Shown here in pieces: positions 29,449 to 35,599 of a DNA stretch of 35,599 nucleotides. Made by a program: the position numbers and the translations under genes. Source of the stretch: an uncultured Myxococcia bacterium (GTDB taxonomy: Bacteria; CAZTWC01); NCBI GenBank assembly GCA_964617105.1, contig CAZTWC010000008.1, positions 1 through 35,599 of the forward strand, given 5' to 3'. The notes beneath the pieces are model-generated. The model was not told where the DNA came from and searched no databases. It saw only the letters and a list, made by a program, of their open reading frames with translations. The first letter of the stretch is position 1. Every line of letters begins with the position of its first letter.

Positions 29449-30986
29449 AAGTATTTTTTGAACCGCTGCCAAGATGGTTTCTATGGTTGATTTTGGTTAT
29501 AGCCGGCTGTGGTTCGGTTCAGAAGCGGGGGGATTTACCCCTGCCTGGCACCGAGGTGCTGCTGGAAGGCAAGGAGAAACCGGGCTGGTTAAAAAGCGGC
29601 GGGTTGAGCGGACACTTTATCGGCATCTCCAAACCATTTTCCAACGAATCTGAAGCCCGCACTGACGCCACCAGGGATGCCCGTAAAAAGATCGTTGAAT
29701 CATTGGGGCTTAAACTTAAAAGCAGTGTAGTTGAGCAATTGTTGGACAAAGGAGAGGGGGCTGCCAGCGATATTGTGGACACTGATGTGCTCACCAGGGC
29801 CAAGGTAAAAGCAGTGGCTGGCAGTTTGATCAAGGTGCGGGCCAACCGGTATTTTGTCCAGCGCTGGCAGCGTTGGCAGGAGAAGGGGGTCGACTACTTC
29901 TGGAAGGTATATGTGCAGGTCAAGTTTGACCAGCAGAGTCATGACCGGTTTATTACCGACCTGGTAAAGCACACCCTTAATTTTTCGGAACAGATGCTGG
30001 GTCGGGCCCGTAAACAGTGGGCAGCAGGAGAGGTATCAGCATCGATGCAATTATATCTCCAGTTGTTAAAAACAGCGGAGGAGTTTAATTCTTACACCAG
30101 TCTTTCTCCCAAACAGATGGGCGAAGTTAAAAAATATGTTTTTTCGGTGCGGGAGGATGTGGCCAAACTGTATGGTAAAATAAGCATAACCCTTGAGAAT
30201 GACGGCCAGAGTGTAATCTCTGGACAGGGGTTGAAAAAGCCGTTGATAGTTAAGGCCCGCCTGAAAGATAATCAAAACGGCAGAGATATGCCCCTGGCCG
30301 GATTACCCTTGAAATTTTACCTGGCTAAAGGTCAGGCACAAATAGATCAATCTGCGGTGACTGGAGAAAATGGCAAAGCCTTTTGCCGGGTGTATAAAAC
30401 CTCTGCCAATCACAAGAATTACTTGGTTAAAGGCGAAGTGGACCTGGGCCTTGGCGATATTCCACCCCCCACTTTTTCCTTCTCTTTTTCTGCCAGCAAG
30501 GGTCGAGTGTTGGTAAAATTGGATGAGGTGGTATTTGAAAAGGTTATCAAAACGGCTGATATTGAAAGCCGTTTGATCCGGCAACTTTTAGCCCGGGGTC
30601 TGGAGGTGAAAACGGGGCGTAAATTAGCCGGTTTGGCTTTGGATCCTGATGACCGGGTGGAAAAAGCGGTGAAAATGGGCAAGAAATTCGGCATGGACGT
30701 GGTGATTTATGGACATAGCAAAATATGGATCTCCTCCAGGGACCCCCTGGGACCGGGTACTTACGGAGTCCGGCTTTCCTTGCGGCTGCAGGCGGTGGAG
30801 GTAATCAGCGGCAAAACTGTTTGCGAAATTTCAATTCCCAACCAGCGACACAGCAACCTGAAGGGTTTTGGCACCAATAAAAAGGGTGCGGTATGGGGTA
30901 GTCAGGGTATATTAAAGCGGTTGGAGCGCAGCCAGGTATTAAAAGAGGTAGCGCTAGAGATCGAAAAGAGGATCGCTGGTGGTTAA
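29442..30986 (+). CDS. Multidomain lipoprotein: LPP20-like domain, helical linker, Ig-like (Big_1-type) domain and C-terminal alpha/beta domain
   Basis: GTG start overlapping the upstream stop, lipobox IAGC, KPGWL...FIGIS...EARTDATRDARKKI; NDGQS...LKKPLIVK...PLAGLPLKF...AVTGENGKAF resembles an invasin/Big_1 domain. Confidence 0.72.
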   Translation: MVKVFFEPLPRWFLWLILVIAGCGSVQKRGDLPLPGTEVLLEGKEKPGWLKSGGLSGHFIGISKPFSNESEARTDATRDARKKIVESLGLKLKSSVVEQLLDKGEGAASDIVDTDVLTRAKVKAVAGSLIKVRANRYFVQRWQRWQEKGVDYFWKVYVQVKFDQQSHDRFITDLVKHTLNFSEQMLGRARKQWAAGEVSASMQLYLQLLKTAEEFNSYTSLSPKQMGEVKKYVFSVREDVAKLYGKISITLENDGQSVISGQGLKKPLIVKARLKDNQNGRDMPLAGLPLKFYLAKGQAQIDQSAVTGENGKAFCRVYKTSANHKNYLVKGEVDLGLGDIPPPTFSFSFSASKGRVLVKLDEVVFEKVIKTADIESRLIRQLLARGLEVKTGRKLAGLALDPDDRVEKAVKMGKKFGMDVVIYGHSKIWISSRDPLGPGTYGVRLSLRLQAVEVISGKTVCEISIPNQRHSNLKGFGTNKKGAVWGSQGILKRLERSQVLKEVALEIEKRIAGG

Positions 30987-31009
30987 GGTGGTTGAAGAGA
31001 CGTGAGCCA

Positions 31010-32746
31010 TTATCGCCGGTGATGGCGCTTAATTCGTCCTTCCACCTGGGGAGACACCGGGGAGTTGAGGTGGAAATAATCGTTTACCACATCGGCTATT
31101 ACCCGCCCATGATCGTAGGGTTTTATGGCTTTTTCCAGCAAAATTTTATAGCCATCCCCGCCCCGCCGTAAAAATGCACTGGCCGCCAGGTTGTAGATTT
31201 TTTCATCTTCCAGAGGGGTCAGGCCGCCCTGTGGGTCTAAAATTTCCACCTTAACTACCCGTTTTCCCTTGGGCAAGGCGGGATTCCAGCGGAATTTTAT
31301 CCCCGCCACCTGGAGAAATGCTCCGGGTCCATCTTTTCGGGTATTGGCCGCTTTGGCAACGCTATACTCCAACACCTGTTGCAGGTAAGCACCTTTGAGT
31401 TTAAAGGTAGAAACTGTATCATTAAAGGGAAGAACTTCGAGTATTTGTCCCCGATGAACTTTTCCTCTGGGAATACTGGCCCTGATCCCGCCGCTGTTTA
31501 TTAAGGCGATTTGGGTGTCACGCTTACGCGTTTCCCATAAAAGGGCATCAGCGATTAAAATCCCCAGGTTACATTCATGAAAACGGCAGATTTTTCTGTC
31601 GCCCTGGAGCATTACCGCTGTTTCCCCCACTATCTCTTCTCGCACCAGGTTTAGTTTTTGATTCATCTTCATTACTTTTGTCAAAGTCATTGAATCTCGA
31701 GGAATTGATTGTTTAAGCAGTATGGTATCTCCCTGCCAATGGTGAGCCACACCTCGGCTGTCAAAGCGGAGATCCAGGTGCCCCAGATATTTTCCCCAGG
31801 CCAAAGCGGTGACGATCAACACTGGTTTTCCAGAGGGTGATTTTACCACCAGGGGATAGGGGCCAACGGAATTCTGGGCCGAATTGGACAACAAGTAATG
31901 GTTGTGACCGCTGATGATAACATCTATTCCTTCAATTTTAGCGGCAATTTGTTTGTCTTTTTCTAGGCCGGCGTGGCTGAGAGCGATAATTTTATTTATC
32001 CCTTTGGCAATTAAATTTTCAACTTCCGATTTGACCGATGATTTGACAAAATTGAAATAAACATTTGGCCCTGGCTGGGAGATCAGGCGAGTCTCCCGGG
32101 TGATATAACCCACTATACCGATTTTTTCATCGCCCATTTTCAGAATATGCGATTTTTTGATTAGTCCCTGTAAAATAGGCGATTCTGAAACATCCAAATT
32201 GCTAACAATCACCGGAAAATTTAGACCGATAATAAACTTAGCCAGCACACCCGACCCCTGGTCAAACTCGTGATTACCCAGGGTCATGGCATCGTAGCCT
32301 TGTGAATTCATAAATGTTTGAGTTGCCTTTCCCTGATAAGAGTTAAAAAACAGGGTGCCCTGGAATTGGTCACCTGCATCCAGCAGTAAGACATTTCTTT
32401 TCTCTTTTTTAATTTTGGAGATTATTGTGCCCCTTCTGCTCACTCCGCCAAAACATTTTTTTTCCATAAATTCTTCGTCGCTGCAGGTATTGCCATGACG
32501 GTTGAACTGGAGAATGCGGCTGTGAACATCGTTGGTATGGAGTATGGTCAAAGAAAACCAGGGGCCAGCAGAGGGGCCGGCAGTATTTGAAGTAACTTCA
32601 GGAGATTCAATACCGCTGCCTTGGAAGGCGGGTTGGTATGCTTTCCCATATTGAAGCATCACGTAAATCAGCCCGCCAACTCCCACCAACAAACTAATGA
32701 CCATGGTAAAGAGTAAAATGTAGAGGTATTTGGCATTGTGCTTCAT
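31010..32746 (-). CDS. Membrane-anchored 5'-nucleotidase (UshA/CD73-type metallophosphoesterase plus 5'-nucleotidase C-terminal domain)
   Basis: ILHTNDVHS, LDAGDQFQG, GNHEFD, LSHAG, GHNH, NSGGIRAS, LPF and GGDGY; N-terminal TM helix; ATGA-coupled to the upstream PilZ gene. Confidence 0.92.
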   Translation of the reverse strand: MKHNAKYLYILLFTMVISLLVGVGGLIYVMLQYGKAYQPAFQGSGIESPEVTSNTAGPSAGPWFSLTILHTNDVHSRILQFNRHGNTCSDEEFMEKKCFGGVSRRGTIISKIKKEKRNVLLLDAGDQFQGTLFFNSYQGKATQTFMNSQGYDAMTLGNHEFDQGSGVLAKFIIGLNFPVIVSNLDVSESPILQGLIKKSHILKMGDEKIGIVGYITRETRLISQPGPNVYFNFVKSSVKSEVENLIAKGINKIIALSHAGLEKDKQIAAKIEGIDVIISGHNHYLLSNSAQNSVGPYPLVVKSPSGKPVLIVTALAWGKYLGHLDLRFDSRGVAHHWQGDTILLKQSIPRDSMTLTKVMKMNQKLNLVREEIVGETAVMLQGDRKICRFHECNLGILIADALLWETRKRDTQIALINSGGIRASIPRGKVHRGQILEVLPFNDTVSTFKLKGAYLQQVLEYSVAKAANTRKDGPGAFLQVAGIKFRWNPALPKGKRVVKVEILDPQGGLTPLEDEKIYNLAASAFLRRGGDGYKILLEKAIKPYDHGRVIADVVNDYFHLNSPVSPQVEGRIKRHHRR

Positions 32747-34221
32747 AAAATCAGATAGATGATCGCCATTATAGCTATAGAGATACCTATTCCTGATAGC
32801 AGGCCGTTAATAAAATAGCGTTTTTTATTTTGAGAACGGCCTGAATCCTGTTCCACTAAAAGATCGCCGGCTATTTCGGTGACATATTGGGATAATTTTA
32901 TTTTGTTGTCGTTGAAATCGCTCAACTGTACGGTATAGAGAAAGCCATCGCCGTCATCATCTTTAGAATGGATCACTTTGGCCGGCAGGACAATTTTCTG
33001 CTGGTACCCTATCACGCCCAGGGAAATCATAATATCACGGTTCAGTTCCAGTTCTTGTTCAATATCTATATTGAGCCCGCCAATCCCTAACTCCTTAATA
33101 TAGGATTCGTACAGAGCACTCCTGGAAGGATAGATTTTATCAATTTTCAGGGGTAGATATTTTTCCGTCTTGCCCTGGTCAGCGTCATTGTCTCTATCTT
33201 TTTTTCCGGTAAGAGGCAGAGATTGATCGATATAGTTTATCAGAGATTCTTTTTGTTCTTGATTGAGATCAATAAATTCAGCCCCGATTTCGAAAAAAAT
33301 GGTTTTTATTTCGCTCAGAGTTCGAGCCTCACATTTTGGGCATATATCCAGGCAAACTTCCAGAAATTTATTGGCTTTGACCAAATAGTCTATTTTATAA
33401 GAGTTATCCGCTACTTTTTTGTGGGTTATCCAACGAAAAGCGTTTTTTTGACTGGCATCTCGCTCGAAATGTCCAATCCAGTCGCACCTTTTACATTGGT
33501 AGGTGTGGCAACTGGCTTCCTGGTATTTTTCTTTGTCTATCTGTTTCAGTTGGTAACTTTGGTAGATATCCATAAATTGTTCCATAAATCGACCCGCTTC
33601 CAAAGGCTCAAAGAAAAAAATATCTGCCAATGCCCGATTAGTGATGTCGATGATCGTATCTATCTTGATATCACTGCTAAAGAGGATCACTTTTATTTGC
33701 GGAAAGCGTTGGTGAACCTGGTTTAAATAATTGATCGCGTTTTCTCTTATATATTTTAAGTCTGCGATGAGGACAGATACCGAGTGCCCCGCTTCGTATA
33801 GGTTGTCCAGATCGGTCATGGTTGAATCTATATCATCAAATCCTTTAAATTTGAGCCCTTCGCTTTCCATGAAAAGTTTGAGGTCCTCCTCGATTATTTC
33901 CAGTTCGGTTTCATCTTCTTTAATCACTACAAAATATTTTTCTTTATCAATATCAGAGGTTGAAAAAGACTCTACTCCTTCTGATACTCTGGTGACCCGT
34001 GATATAACCTGGAGATATTGCTGGTTAAGCAGAGGTAGGCCGATGGTCAGTTTGTCGTTTACCGAAAAAGGGTTGATGGAGTAAACCCGACACCCAGTTA
34101 GGCTGATATCGCCGCTGAACTCCTCAAAGGTCCCACCCTGGTGGTAAATTCTAATCGGTTCTTTTGGCTTTATTCTGGCATATTGTCGTTTGAGTACATT
34201 GTTATTATTTGACTGTTCCAT
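32743..34221 (-). CDS. Membrane-anchored multidomain signalling protein: PilZ (interrupted by a receiver-like domain and a Zn ribbon), second PilZ-like domain, C-terminal TM helix
   Basis: RQYAR and DISLTG; VLIADLK...VILFSS...FFEP; CKRC...CPKC; IGAEFIDLNQEQKESLINYI; LYESYIKELGIGGLNI...LPAKVIH; hydrophobic C-terminus; AAGGAG RBS. Confidence 0.75.
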   Translation of the reverse strand: MEQSNNNNVLKRQYARIKPKEPIRIYHQGGTFEEFSGDISLTGCRVYSINPFSVNDKLTIGLPLLNQQYLQVISRVTRVSEGVESFSTSDIDKEKYFVVIKEDETELEIIEEDLKLFMESEGLKFKGFDDIDSTMTDLDNLYEAGHSVSVLIADLKYIRENAINYLNQVHQRFPQIKVILFSSDIKIDTIIDITNRALADIFFFEPLEAGRFMEQFMDIYQSYQLKQIDKEKYQEASCHTYQCKRCDWIGHFERDASQKNAFRWITHKKVADNSYKIDYLVKANKFLEVCLDICPKCEARTLSEIKTIFFEIGAEFIDLNQEQKESLINYIDQSLPLTGKKDRDNDADQGKTEKYLPLKIDKIYPSRSALYESYIKELGIGGLNIDIEQELELNRDIMISLGVIGYQQKIVLPAKVIHSKDDDGDGFLYTVQLSDFNDNKIKLSQYVTEIAGDLLVEQDSGRSQNKKRYFINGLLSGIGISIAIMAIIYLIL

Positions 34222-34241
34222 TAACAAACTCCTTTATTAGT

Positions 34242-35599
34242 TTATGTGGTTGTAACAATTTTTGCTTTGTTAATTATTGTTTTATTAATATCGTCCAGCC
34301 ATCTCCTGATTTCATATTTTTCGTTAAACAGGATAAACAGGGTAGAAAATAGAAAGGCTATGCTCAATTGGAGATACAGGAGAGGAGAATGTAACCCTTC
34401 TGGTGCGTAAATTGCCTGAATAGCCAACCACAGGAATACCGAGAAAGGGGTAAGCCAAAGGTGATTAAATGTCACGACGCATAACACACTAATTGTTACT
34501 AATATTAACACAAAGGGGACTAAATTTTCCACATTGATTTTTCCTCCAAAGGGGTCCAGAATCGGCAAGGGGATATACACGGTAGAGATGGCGGCAGCCA
34601 CTAAAAATGCGAGTTTGATTCCATGCCATCCACCACCCACTACACCGGCGGTTACAGCCAGCGCCAGGTAGAGAGGAAAAAACAGATATCCCTGCAACTG
34701 GATTTCTCCCTGGATATGGTCCAGAGATGCCACCAGTATAACCAGAGCCAGAAAGATAAAATCGGATTTGCGCAGCGCCATAGAGCCTCTTTGCAGACTA
34801 CCGCTAAAGACAGCATCTTCAGTGTTCTGGTTTTCTGTCTTATCCTTTTCAGATTGAGAAAACAGTTGATAGCGAAATTGGTTAATAAAGGTCCTGATCT
34901 TTTCGGTGGAACTGCAAGGGAAAATTACTGCCAGCCGCAAACCGGCATCGCTTTGTAAAATTATTTTCGCTAACCGGTTGGCCAGGGAATAGACCAAAAA
35001 CAAAAATCCCAGGGGTGTCAATAAAGGCAACAGAATGATTCCCACAGCAAAACAGCCGGGCCTGAACATCTCTCTAAAACTTATTTGGCTTATTTTATCC
35101 AGGGCTATGTGATCCACCGCCGATTTGAACAGCAGTCCGTTGATTTTGATGAAGATAAAGCGGACATTGGTGACTATCAGTTTTATTTTTAAAAAAATGT
35201 GATCTCCCACAATGGAGCACTTTTCCGTTTCACCAGAAAGCAGCCGTTCATCATCCCCGCTTTCTCCCTCCCACTTGCTTCTGGTATAATGGATCATTAG
35301 GTAGATAAATAGTGCCACCAGTAAAATTGTTAGTAGCATCATGCCGGCAATGGTGCCGGTGGAGAAGGGCAAGTAGTTAACCAGTAAAAAGAATATCTGG
35401 CTAACCGTTTTCTCTGTAGTGGAGGTTTTGGTTTTTGGCGGAATTTTTCGTTTTATCTGTTGTTCCAGAGCCTGGAGGCTAAATTTATTATCTGATATTA
35501 TCCATTTCCCCTGTTTGAGAGTCATTCGGACTGGAAATGATGCAGCAATCCGGTTTTCCTTTTGCCCCTTTTCTCCTTTTGGAATAATAATAATTCGGG
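34242..35599 (-). CDS. Polytopic membrane protein with a bacterial PH/GRAM-like segment; 5' end truncated by the window
   Basis: The frame stays open from ATG 35525 to the window end (RIIIIPKGEKGQKENRIAASFPVRM...). LIVTNVRFIFIK...IALDKISQISF resembles a bPH domain; about 9 hydrophobic segments. Confidence 0.65.
   Translation of the reverse strand, partial: RIIIIPKGEKGQKENRIAASFPVRMTLKQGKWIISDNKFSLQALEQQIKRKIPPKTKTSTTEKTVSQIFFLLVNYLPFSTGTIAGMMLLTILLVALFIYLMIHYTRSKWEGESGDDERLLSGETEKCSIVGDHIFLKIKLIVTNVRFIFIKINGLLFKSAVDHIALDKISQISFREMFRPGCFAVGIILLPLLTPLGFLFLVYSLANRLAKIILQSDAGLRLAVIFPCSSTEKIRTFINQFRYQLFSQSEKDKTENQNTEDAVFSGSLQRGSMALRKSDFIFLALVILVASLDHIQGEIQLQGYLFFPLYLALAVTAGVVGGGWHGIKLAFLVAAAISTVYIPLPILDPFGGKINVENLVPFVLILVTISVLCVVTFNHLWLTPFSVFLWLAIQAIYAPEGLHSPLLYLQLSIAFLFSTLFILFNEKYEIRRWLDDINKTIINKAKIVTTT

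Overview
Gene-dense bacterial window from a draft or metagenome assembly (two 10-N gaps, at 12847-12856 and 21929-21938). Gene content points to a diderm 'deltaproteobacterial'-type organism (inference from cdaA-cdaR-glmM-pdxJ-acpS-nnr-tsaE synteny, many lipoproteins, an AgmX/PglI-like domain and PilZ domains). Left: the 3' part of a NuoF-GltD fusion, a Cys-rich NuoG/HydA-N-like Fe-S subunit and a stand-alone FMN glutamate-synthase-family gene, converging on a LeuA-family synthase. Then ppiD, a frameshifted CGGC-domain gene, a divergent clpX with no clpP beside it (followed by an FAD oxidoreductase and a STAS/SEC14 protein), a 5-domain S1 protein and an IPT/TIG-repeat zinc metalloprotease. A long minus-strand housekeeping run follows (pcm, cdaA, cdaR, glmM, pdxJ, acpS, nnr, tsaE, lpdA, guaB). 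Right: a TPR + AgmX/PglI-like lipoprotein, queDE, three paralogous LPP20-like lipoproteins behind a possible sigma54 promoter, a membrane-anchored 5'-nucleotidase, an unusual split-PilZ/REC/Zn-ribbon/PilZ membrane protein and a 5'-truncated membrane protein. I saw no rRNA, tRNA, CRISPR array or mobile element. Best leads: the LPP20 lipoprotein triad, the split-PilZ protein, an AcpS that has lost its catalytic residues, and the NuoF-GltD/FeS/FMN-GOGAT redox module. All family calls come from recognising motifs by eye; no searches were run.
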